Position numbers and translations under genes: made by a program. From positions 82,958,001 through 83,022,000 of the forward strand of contig CM052816.1 in assembly GCA_028534125.1 (NCBI GenBank): a stretch of 64,000 nt of DNA. The letters are read 5' to 3'. The stretch comes from Lama glama (Eukaryota). Shown here piece by piece: positions 1-10,399 of the stretch; the stretch's first letter is position 1; every line of letters begins with the position of its first letter. A model generated the notes under the pieces. It did not search any database and had not been told where the DNA came from. It worked only from the letters and a program-made list of their open reading frames with translations.

Positions 1-575
1 GCCCTCGGCCAGCATCTCGGAGCAAAGGCGGTCCAGGAAATGATATACCTCTTTTGGTGCTGAACGATTCCAGCAGGCTCATAAGGACAGCGATGACAAG
101 GTGAGCAGATGTTCCTGTTACAGCTCATCTTTCCTATCCTTGAGGTTTCTCTCCTCTTCCTCATCCTCAGGTATCCTCCCTGGATTTATCATTGTCCTTA
201 GTCCTCTGCTTCGTACTTGAGGTGTTAAAACAGTAAGTACCACCTAGAAGTTTATTGAGTCTGATTGCATTCTGGACTAGCTGTTTTTTTCAACAACAAT
301 CCGCTGATCCCTTCAAAGGCAGGGGTTAGCAGCTGAAACTGCAAGCACCGTAGGCTCGGCCTTCAGCCTGTATGAGGCTGGCCTGAGGTCTGTGGACAAA
401 ATTTAGCCACCTCCTCCTGGCCCGATGAAAAGGCCTAGGTTCCCACCCAAGCCGGCCCTAAAGCCACCCAGAATCCAGCCCAAGCCCTGGCATAGGGACT
501 TTATTTTCTTTCCTAGTTGAAGTGCTTTTTATTTTTAGATCACTGAAAAACATTTAATATAAAACTCTTTTAAAA
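1..575 (+). pseudogene. Candidate 3' end of a gene copy (retrocopy/pseudogene), parent gene not identified, truncated by the window edge
   Basis: GC-rich, CpG-containing block in AT-rich surroundings. Frame 2 reads PSASISEQRRSRK*YTSFGAERFQQAHKDSDDK and ends at a donor-like AAG|GTGAGC (100/101). After a T-tract (~284-290) the same frame reads TIR*SLQRQGLAAETASTVGSAFSLYEAGLRSVDKI*. A UTR-like stretch follows, then A-rich sequence merging into L1. Confidence 0.45.
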
Positions 576-579
576 ATGA

Positions 580-1855
580 AAATAATAATGAAAAAATAAA
601 ATCATGTTCAACATGATTCACTAGATTATGACAATCCAGTTAGAAGAGGTAAGAATAATCCTTGAGCTTGAAAAAAGGTCAAAAGAAATGACCTAATCTG
701 AAAATCAAACACAGACTCAAACACAGAAGTAAAAAGTGAAAAAAGAGAGAGAGAGAGGAGGAAATAACAGTCTGTGACCTTTGTGATAGTATCAGTCTAA
801 CATATGTCTCTTAAATGCAGAATGAGAGGACTGAAAGAATGGGGCAGAAACACAATTGAAAAATTAACACCAGTAATTCTTAGAATTTGGGGAAAAGCAT
901 AAATTTATAGAGCAAAGAAGCTCAGTGAACTACTGAGAAGATAAGTAAAAAGAAAACCACATAGTCAAAGTACAGACAGCCAGAGGCTAAGGAAAAATCT
1001 TGAAATCACTACAGAAAAATGACACATTGCACATAGAGGAATAATGATATGAAGAACAGTCTCATTAAAAATGGTAGGGAGACAGGGAAATCAGGATATA
1101 GGCGAGGACATAGCCTTAAAAAATGAAAGTGAAAGGAACACATATATACAATAAGTGAGAAACTTAAATTATAACATAAAACTACATAATTAAGATAGTG
1201 TGCTATTGGGATGAAAATAGGAAGAAAATCAGTGGAATAGACTAAAGAATTCAGCAATAGACAAACACAAGTTTATTTAATTTTTGGCAAAGGTGCCAAA
1301 GCATTTCAATGGGGAGATAAAGTCTTTTAAGCAAATGATTGTGCAACAACTGGATACACATAAAGAATAATTAAACCTTAATTCCACCTCTAATAGCACA
1401 CAAAAATATTAGATTGAGATGGAGCAAAACTTAAATGTAAAAGTTACAATTCTAAAAGTTTGGGAAAAAGCAACAGTGCATTCTTTATGCAACCTGAGAT
1501 AGGCAAAGATTTCTTAGAATATAGAAAGGAATAATAAGAAAGAGAAAACATAATAAACTTGACTTCATTAAAATCAGACTTTATCTAAATAGGGAAATTA
1601 ATAAAATGCACAAGCAGTATTTGTAACTGACAAAAGGCCTGTATAAAAAAATATGTAACATACTCTTACAACTCAACAATAAAGAGAATCTAACAAAAAT
1701 GGACAGAAAACTTGGATACTTCACAAATAAAGATGTACAAGTTTCCAATAAACATGAGGAAAAAGTTCAATGTTACTCATAAGGAAAACTTTAAAGTCAA
1801 ATTTATATACATTCCCTAGAATGGCTAAACTTTAGAAATTTGTTAACACTAAATG
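580..1855 (+). mobile_element. Ancient L1 (L1MC/L1ME-type) ORF1 and ORF2 remnants
   Basis: A-rich strand with decayed L1 phrases, e.g. TTTGGCAAAGGTGCCAAAGCATTTCAATGGGGA, GGCAAAGATTTCTTAGA, TTGACTTCATTAAAAT, ACTCTTACAACTCAACAATAAA. Confidence 0.8.
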
Positions 1856-2382
1856 TGTTACCAAGTCCAAACTTGTTCTGCTCGCCACATGACAGGCCAG
1901 TAAATCAGGAGATGAGATGCTGAGGCAAGGAGTAGTGGCTTGATTTGGAAAGCTGACAGACCGAGAAGATGGCAGACTAATGTCCTGGAGAACCATCTTC
2001 CCCAAGACAGAAATCAGGCTCTTTTTACACTAAAAAGGTGAAGGAGTATCCTTGGTTATTGCAAACTTCTTGGTGTAGGAATTCTTCGCTCTTGAAATCC
2101 TTGTTCTTGTACAGGGTCAGATCATTGTGTCCCTGTAAACCTCCAACAAAACAAACCTTATTTTCTGTTCTGCAACTTGTTATCTTTATATGAATGGAAA
2201 AGTGTTAATATCCTTAAAGGTCAGAGCCTTGAGCATAGGCTGTCCTGTATATTTCAGGCTATAGGCAACATTCTTTTACGAAAGTTACAGAACCAGCAAG
2301 ACTAAGCCTAGGAAACAGAGCACAGGGTTAGAGCTAAAGGAGCAGATCTAATATGGAGTCAGATTTGTTCTTTTCTATTACA
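1856..2382 (-). mobile_element. ERV1-class solo LTR, MER41-like
   Basis: TG...CA termini, 527 bp, perfect 5-bp target-site duplication AAATG (1851-1855 and 2383-2387). It splits a continuous L1 phrase. The minus strand begins TGTAATAGAAAAGAACAAATCTGACTCCATATTAGATCTG and ends GGACTTGGTAACA, as I recall for laurasiatherian MER41-type LTRs. Confidence 0.88.
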
Positions 2383-3600
2383 AAATGTTGATCAGGATTC
2401 GGAACTCTCTCATACATTCTGCGAGAACGTAAATAATACACCCTATTTTAAGAAAAGAAGTTTGGTCATCTATTATAAAGGCAATTATCTGACCCTGAAA
2501 TTCTACACTAGATATTTACCCATGATCGATGAAGTTCAAGTCTACAAATAGTATTATGAAAGGATGTTCAGAGCTGCTTTATACAGGAATCAAAAACTAG
2601 AAGTGAACCTAGTGTCTATTCAAAGGAAAATGCATAAATATTTTGTGATAAATTCATCTAACAGAAATGATACTCATTAATAAAAATAACAAACTAATAA
2701 TGCATATTAAAAAGTAGATGCATCTCATAAATGTTGGCAAATGAACCGACTACAAAATATTATATACTGTATGATTCTATTTATAATATTCTAGAACAAG
2801 CAAAACCAGCCATAATGAAAAAAAAAAAGTAACATTGTTTACCTCTGTAGAGGTGAAGGTATTGATGAAAAACAGTGACATGTTAACTTTCTGAGGTGAT
2901 GGAAATGTTCTGTCTTAGCAGTATATGCATTTGTCAAAACTCATTAAATTATACATTTAAGCTTTGCTCAGTTCACTCTAATTAAATTTTACTTCAAAGA
3001 AACAGAAAAGGAAGGCAACAAATATTTAACTCTAGTTAGTAGGTTTCTTTTTTGTTGTTGTTTAGTGGTGTAGGTTACCAATTTTGAAACTATCTTCTGT
3101 GTTTGCTAAGCTTGAGCAAATGTGTAAATATATTGAAGTTAATGAAGACCAGACTTTTCGCTGTTTTAAAAGAAAGTTAAAAATATTAAAAAGAAAAAAA
3201 TCTAGACAGTGTCTTGAAGTGTTGGTTAGAATTAAATACATCAATAAGAGCTCACCAGTTTAATAGATACAAAAATACGCATACATCCAAGTTCTGTTCA
3301 CTGGGAAGGCATAGACGCTATGAAAATACCTGATGCCCAATTTTTTTTTTTTTTTAAGAACTGTTGTCCATAAAAAAAAGAACAAGAAATGTAGCTGATA
3401 ATAGGGCTGAGCCAGAAAAAGTAATCTTGGTCGGCAGATTACATTATTATATGAAAGCCTTTATCTTTGGTGGGTTCTGGATTGACAAAAGGAGAGAGGG
3501 TGAACAGATGCTTTCAGACACCAGTGGCCATCTGCTGAGCCCTGAGCAGCCTCCTGACAGAGGCGTAATCTGCAGAGCACTGACTCATAAAACACCCATT
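2383..3600 (+). mobile_element. Continuation of ancient L1: ORF2 end and 3' UTR (L1MC-like)
   Basis: Resumes directly after the LTR TSD. Contains TATATACTGTATGATTCTATTTATA, CTTTCTGAGGTGATGGAAATGTTCT, GCATTTGTCAAAACTCAT. Right boundary approximate. Confidence 0.75.
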
Positions 3601-3972
3601 TTATGAATGAAATCATTTTAGTGGTCTCAAAGGCTATCACTTTCTCATTCTCTGTCAGTACTAAAATTAATGTGGAAATAAAAGTAAACAAAGCATCTTT
3701 CCTTATTGTGTTTCCAAAAATTTATTGACTTGTTTAAACATCGAACTCTAGTGCAAACAAACATGGTTTTATTATAATTGCATTTCAATCTTGATAGAAA
3801 ACAGCAACCTTTCATCAAATAGTTTTTCCTCTTTAAGCTTATGCAGACAGGCTTAAAACTGAACTCTTCTGCTCTTCAGGTAGAAGACCTACTTTTAAAA
3901 TTTTATAGAGGTAATTTTCTCCTCTAATGCCGCATACTAACAATTTCAGTTACGAATGTCACATACTAAACT

Positions 3973-4200
3973 CTACATTGGTCTGCTAGGGCTTATCTAA
4001 CAAAATACCGCAGACTGTATGGCTTAAACAAAGAAATGTATTTTCTCACAATTCTGGAGGCTAGAAGTCCATGATCAAAGTTGGTCGGTTTCCTTTGAGG
4101 ACTAAACAGGAAGGGTTTGTTCCAGGTCCCTCTCCTTGGCTTATAGATGGAGCCTTCTCACTATGTCTTCACACAGTTGTCTTTATGTGCATGCACGTGT
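3973..4200 (-). mobile_element. MaLR LTR fragment (MLT1B/C/D-type)
   Basis: AACAAAATACCGCAGACTGTATGGCTTAAACAAAGAAATGTATTTTCTCACAATTCTGGAGGCTAGAAGTCC is the antisense MLT1 3' end. Confidence 0.8.
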
Positions 4201-4504
4201 TCTGCATCCATAAATTCCTTCAAGCCTCTGTCTCACGTGACTTACTGTCCTTAGCCTGGACTTCCCTTTGTCCTCATCACGTCACTGCTTAGGCAGAATA
4301 TGGGACCACCTTCTTTACTCTCTCCTCTTTTACACATTTAACCCTTTACCATTTAATGAACTCCTATTGTGAGTTTGACGTAGTGTTAATTACTGGAGAG
4401 ATAATAAATAAAACATAAATTTATCCTTATAATATATAGTTGGGAAATGACCTCAGTTTGTGTTTGTATATGTATGCATCATATGGTATTGTACTGAGTG
4501 AGAA

Positions 4505-4720
4505 AACTGGTTTAGCTTTAGATGTGTTTAATTTGAGGAGATTGGGGTTGCCAAGGAGGAAATTGTATAGAAAATGAAAAACTGGCCACAAAGTTGCAGT
4601 TCATCAGCCTATAGGTAGTGGTTGAAGTAATGTAAAGATCTTAAAAGATTTCCCCAACACTTCTGAGGAGGAAGATGAGAAAGGGCCAAGGATGGAATCT
4701 GAGTGGCCAGGCACTGGACA
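4505..4720 (-). mobile_element. L2 fragment
   Basis: GTTTAGCTTTAGATGTGTTTAATTTGAGG ... CATCAGCCTATAGGTAGTGGTTGAAG ... GAGAAAGGGCCAAGGATGGAATCTGAG resembles antisense L2. Confidence 0.5.
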
Positions 4721-5179
4721 GAAATATAGCAGAGGCTGTTTCTCTTTAGGATTTCAAAACTTTTTATATTTTACAAAATTTCAAAAGAAAAATTAATTTC
4801 TAGTGTTTGGCCAAAATTTAACAGCTTAGAGCATGTTTCCTTTTTCTGAAGATCAGATGTGTACAGGTAAAAGCTTGTATAGAATACATTCATTCTAATG
4901 CTTTGGTATCAAATACATACTTCAAACTCTTGTCATTTTACCTGTTACCTTTATCCTCTTCCCAAGTCTTGTAACTACTGAGTCCCAGCATCCCTTCTCA
5001 AGTTTAAATTATCTCCGTAGCTTTTCCTTTCATCCTCTAATTCTGGATATTTTATGCAGGCTGCTTTCCTCACATCTCAGAAGCCTCCATCACTGATGTA
5101 TTCACTTGGGAATCTAGCTTCTGTCTCCAAACTAAACTGAATCTTATTGCTGGTCCCCAAAACAAGCATCCAGGCAGGT

Positions 5180-5605
5180 TTTTTTCTTTTTTTCCCAGCT
5201 TTTTACAGATATAATTGACATATAACATTATGTAAGATGTACATTGTGATGATTTGATACACATGTATATTGCAAAATGTTTACCATAGTAAAGTCTTAG
5301 AAGTCCTGGTAAACCATCCTTTATCTCACATAAGTACCATTTTGTCATCTTCTTTGTTATGGTGAGGCCATAAAAGCACTACTTTCATAGCAACTTTCAG
5401 GTAGACAATATAGTATTGTTAACTATAGTCATCATGTTTTACCTTAGGTCTCCAGAACTTATTTATCTTATAACTGAAAATTTATACCAAATCTATTTCT
5501 CCAACCCCTTAGCCTGAGCAGCCACCATTCTGCTCTCTGTTTCTATGTTTACAGTGATTTTATGTTCTACATATAAGTGAGATAATACTGTATGTATCTC
5601 TTTTT
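5180..5605 (-). mobile_element. L1 3' end (L1MA9-like)
   Basis: T-tract followed by GATATAATTGACATATAACATT, GTATTGTTAACTATAGTCATCATG, CCAGAACTTATTTATCTTATAACTGAAA, CATATAAGTGAGAT. Confidence 0.85.
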
Positions 5606-6694
5606 GACAGTTTTCTTATAATGGATCTTAAGACAAATCATCAGGGGAAAACAACAATATAAACAATTAAGATATGGAGCAATGGTAAAGATTAGAGTTC
5701 TTAAATCAACCATTCTTGAACTTAAATCTCTGCCTTCCATTTGAGATAGTAAAATGAAGATAATTCTGGCTTCATATTTTTGAGAGTAGGTTTCTCACAT
5801 TTCTCCCACCCTCAGCCTTCTCCCACTATTCAGGCAAAGTAAAGGAGTCTTGAAAACTTTGCTCACTATATCCATTATGTCTGAAAAGAAAACTGAAATT
5901 AACTCTGGTGATACAGATTATACAGAATGAGAAGTATCTCTCTCTCTCTTTATTTAACAGGAAAGAAAATAGTTTAATTTCTCTCCCAAGTATTGCCTCA
6001 TATCCTACCTTCAAATGGTGCACGATTTATTTTCTTTGGTCGAGTTTTCTTCTCAAGAAAACATTTTAGGTGAGGTGAGATATGGGTGTGCAATGAGGTA
6101 CAATAACTAAATATATCTCAAATAGACCTTTGAAGGAGAGATCTTAGTGTGATCAAAGGAATAGCATTTCTTTAATCAATTAAAGATTAGATATAATAGA
6201 AACAATCCTCTTTCCTATTTAGATTGAAGCATGTATGAAGAAAAAGTGATTGGACATTTCTTCATATAAAAAATAGTTACTTTAACTATTGAAAACATAA
6301 ATGCAGTCAACTAGCAACTGATTATTCTTTTCCACATTACGTGAATTCTAGCCATGAACCAGTCAGGCTCAAACTCTTCTTAACTATCAATGATATATCA
6401 CTAATCCCAAGAAACCAGGGGTACCTTTGTGTGTACACACCCACATACAACAACTCCATGGATAAGAATAAACAAATGAAAACCTCAAAGCCTATATCTA
6501 CTGAATCAGTAGTAATATGTCTACATACAGTTTTATCTTTTTCCCTTTTTTTTGAGACTAGACCCACTTTATTCCTGACACCAAAATAAAGTGAGATAAA
6601 TTAAAGATTTACATACAAATAATGAAATAAATTTACTTCATATATTTCTGTATTGTTTGAATTCTTCTAGCAAGCACATTAAAAAGATTTTGAA

Positions 6695-7150
6695 TATGGT
6701 AAACTATACATAACATAAAATTTACCATTTTAACCATTTCAAGTGTACATTTCAGTGGTGATAAGTACATTCACCTTGTTTTGCAACTATCACCACCATC
6801 CATCTCCAGAATTTTTTATATTCTGCAATTGAAACTCTGTACCCATTAAATAGTTCCCCATTCTCCTCTCCCCCGATTCTCCTTTCTGTCTCTATAAGTT
6901 TGACTAATCTAGGTAATTCATGCAAGTAATATCATATAATATTTGTCCTTCTGTGGTTTATTTGATTTAGCATTACTATCTTCAAGGTCCAACCATGTGT
7001 CAGAATGCATGTGTCAGAATTTCCTTCCTTTTTAAGGACAAATAGTATTCCATTATGGTTTGTTTATCCATTCATCTATTGATAGATATGTGGGTTATTT
7101 CTACTTTTGGCTATTGTGAATAATGCCACTGTGAATGTAGGTGTACAAAT
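6695..7150 (-). mobile_element. L1 3' end (L1MB-like)
   Basis: ACATAACATAAAATTTACCATTTTAACCATTT, CCATCCATCTCCAGAA, TTGGCTATTGTGAATAATGC. Confidence 0.85.
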
Positions 7151-7316
7151 GAGAAGAGACACCAGAGAGCTCCTCCCTTTCAACCCCACCTGATGTCATC
7201 CATGTCTATAAGCCAGGAAGAGAGCTCTCACCAGAAACCAAATTGGCCAGAAACTTGGTCATGGATTTCTAGCCTTCAAGAACTGTGAGGAAATAAATTT
7301 CTATAGTTTAAGCCAC
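7151..7316 (+). mobile_element. MaLR LTR fragment (MLT1A-type)
   Basis: AAGCCAGGAAGAGAGCTCTCACCAGAAACC ... AGAACTGTGAGGAAATAAATTTCTATAGTTTAAGCCAC. Confidence 0.78.
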
Positions 7317-8999
7317 ATGGTTTTGATCTTATTGCACTCATTATTCTATGATGAAAGTTTGTGTAAATTTTCACTAGAATTGGGTTTTTTTTTAATCTTT
7401 AAAAAGGAGTAATTTTAGTTAAATGCTTCTTTAATAGTATCTGAAAGCTTTTAAAGCACTGTTCACTTATCTCTTTCTCAACAAGACAAAACAAAGCCTA
7501 ATCACTCTGCTGGTGTAAAAAATAGTTTCTTAGGCATAAATGATACAGAGGAAATCCCTCTTAATGATTGCATTTGTGTTGTTCTTTAGCTTTATTCTAC
7601 CTTATTTTCATCTTGAACTAGCTTCTAAAATCTACCATTTGGCGTGTGAAAGCCTCTGAATTAAGTTCTTTAGGGCAGCAAGCCTGCTCACTTTCTCCTA
7701 AGGGAAATGAAGCATGTAGCTATTAAAGGATGATGGCTTTTATTTATTTTTTCCGAAGTAAATGCATTTCCTGGTGTGGATGGGAGAACTTAGTCCTTTC
7801 AGAAATTGGCTGAACAAATTAAATCAGAATTTTGTTCTTGCCACCTCCTTGATTTCTCCAATCCTTCTCAACTTTTTCTTAATGAATGTTGTCCTTTGAG
7901 CCATAATTCATCTGCTACAGAACATGCAGTTTCAAGTGAGGGTAGTAATTTCCTAAGGGGACTTGACTCTCAGGAGAATTTCAACAAAAAACTAATTTTA
8001 AACTTAATGTTTGTTATAAATCACACCTAAGAAACCAAGGGGAGTTTTCCTCTTAAATGCTATTGAAACCAAACTAAGCTAAACTGAAGAGAAATTTAAT
8101 GGTTGAAAAGCATGGATGGGACTCAGAAGAAAACATTTTGTGTTTATTTTGTTCTATTCTGTGATCATTTATGAAGCATTTAATTTCAATCTCTTAATAT
8201 GTAACTTACCAATATCTGTAACTTACAAATACTGTATCAGGAGAACATAAGGAGCTGCTATCCTCTTCAGAGTGCTACCAATAGGTGCAATAATGCTTAT
8301 TAATTCAATGAAAGAAAAAAAAAATTCCAGGAAGTCCTTTCAGATATTTCAAGATGAAGTAAAAAGCATCAGGCATTTTTTGATGAACCAGCACAATTTT
8401 TTTTATAACCTGAAATGGGAAATTCCAGTCATTCATGAAGCCAAAGAGAATACAGGATCCTCCCTTAGAAACACATTTGTAATTAAATCACTTAGGATTA
8501 GTACTCCATCTCCTTTTCCCTCCTACAGACATTCCTTTTTTAGATCTTTCATCACATATCTTTACTAGAAGGAAATAATGAGGCTGGACAAATGAGTATA
8601 CCAATACTTAATCATTCATAATTTTTCTAATCTAGTAAAATTTCTCTTCAAAAGATCAGCTGAAGGATAGCACATCATGATAGGAAGCATTTTAAAGCCT
8701 GTATTTTATGTAGCATTAGAATAATGATGTAGTACAAAACCTCCAGAATTTAAGCACAGCTAGTATAAACCTCCTTCTTCCTTTAATTAAAAACAACATA
8801 CACTGATAGCTGATATTTTCACACGTACAGATGCAAATCAGATGGTTCTAGCCCTTAGAAAAAATTTGACATTTGCTGCAATGAATAAGTGCTACTTTAA
8901 AATAAACATATTGTTTATTACTAGTTACTCATTTCTGTGTTTTCAGATTTATACTCAATATGGGAAGCTGAACCTGTAGATAGACTGTTTCTGAGGACC

Positions 9000-9140
9000 A
9001 GCAGACTCAGATTTACATTAATTAATTATATGTCTCTGGGAATGTTGCTTAGTCTTTCTAAAACTTATTTCCCAATATGTAAAGTTTGGGCAATTCTAAT
9101 GGACATTTCCTATGATTGCCCTAAGGATTACATAAGAAAA
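9000..9140 (+). mobile_element. MIR SINE fragment
   Basis: Decayed MIR core: CTCTGGGAATGTTGCTTAGTCTTTCTAAAACTTATTTTCCCAATATGTAAAGT. Confidence 0.5.
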
Positions 9141-9141
9141 T

Positions 9142-9153
9142 TATGTGTGTGTA

Positions 9154-9222
<69 letters not shown>
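9142..9222. repeat. Compound microsatellite (TG)n(CG)n(TA)n
   Basis: Directly visible; uninterrupted purine/pyrimidine alternation over 81 bp. Confidence 0.97.
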
Positions 9223-9225
<3 letters not shown>

Positions 9226-9479
9226 AATTTCTTCTATCTTTTTAGCCCCTACCCTCATTATGTACACTCCCCACCCCCTGCCTCTGGCAACCACTAGTCT
9301 GTTGACAGATGACGAATGAGGTCTGTAGAAGATACTAGGTGTAGGTTTCCATCATAGCCATTTTGTGAACTTTAGAAGTTTTCAATATTGTAAAGGATTA
9401 TAAAAGAGAGTCATTTAAAAAAACACTTTCACCCATGAGGGCAATGCCTTATTTGATGCTCAGGTGTAAATCCTAATTA

Positions 9480-9825
9480 AACTCATCATGGTAATATGGT
9501 AACAAGGCATATGTGCAGCAGCATAAATCTGGCAATGACGGCAAAAAGCAAATCCTCTGGTAAATTCTAGGAATGTTTTCCTTATTCTCAAAAAAGTGAA
9601 TCTCTTCCTACTCCAAATATTGTCTTATTTGATTGTGACATCTGGAAATGGGGAAGTCATCTTGGAGGAAAAATAAAGAAATTATAATGAAATCAAAGTG
9701 CAAAAGTTAAAATAACCAACTCTGGAATAATTCTACCTTTGTACATTTTACTATGGGAGATCGTTTTGGCCTTAAATTTTAATTATTTTGAGTGGAATTT
9801 ATCTTATTTTCAGTGGAAAGTAATT
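9480..9825 (+). mobile_element. Highly decayed MaLR LTR (MLT1J/K-type)
   Basis: TTCTAGGAATGTTTTCCTTATTCT, TGTGACATCTGGAAATGGGGAAGTCATCTTG, AACCAACTCTGGAA resemble old MLT1 LTRs. Confidence 0.45.
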
Positions 9826-10399
9826 CCGTCCATTCATCAATTGGTACCATTAGCTGAGGAGAAAAGGGGGCTAACCTCAATATTTGAGGTTTGGAGGCTG
9901 GTAGTTTAATTTACCTGGTGTAATGAATTTAAAAAAAAATTATCTGTCTAAGAACAGAGACTATGTAATTGTCAAGCTGTAGCTTTAGTGAAAGAGAAAA
10001 GTCAAAATCTAGATGTCAGTGTTTGTTGGCCAATACCTGCCAAGGACCTGTATTTTATGAAAGTAAACTTTAGTATTTATGACTAAAACAATTTCCAAAT
10101 CTTTGGTAAATAAAATATTTTATCTATTAACTAATTTTCTTTATCTTGATTGAATTTACTATCATAAAATGCTATGATAATTTTGTGGTCAAACATCTTC
10201 CACTTAGTATATATATATATATATATAGCTTTAAAAATACCTATAGACTTTTGTTTGTAACAATTAGGATTAATTAAGTACACAGCCTCATACTAAAAAC
10301 AACTAAAGAATGGTAGCTAACATATGGTTAACTTAATCAATCAATTGGAAAGGAAGTGTACAATACTTAAAAGCTAAAACCTAATTGAAAGAGAGATCC

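Noticed and set aside
6994..7020. Small tandem duplications (CATGTGTCAGAAT x2 here; also ~8200-8232, ~55865-55910, ~56176-56220)
   Set aside because: Two-copy slippage products without regular spacers; not an array
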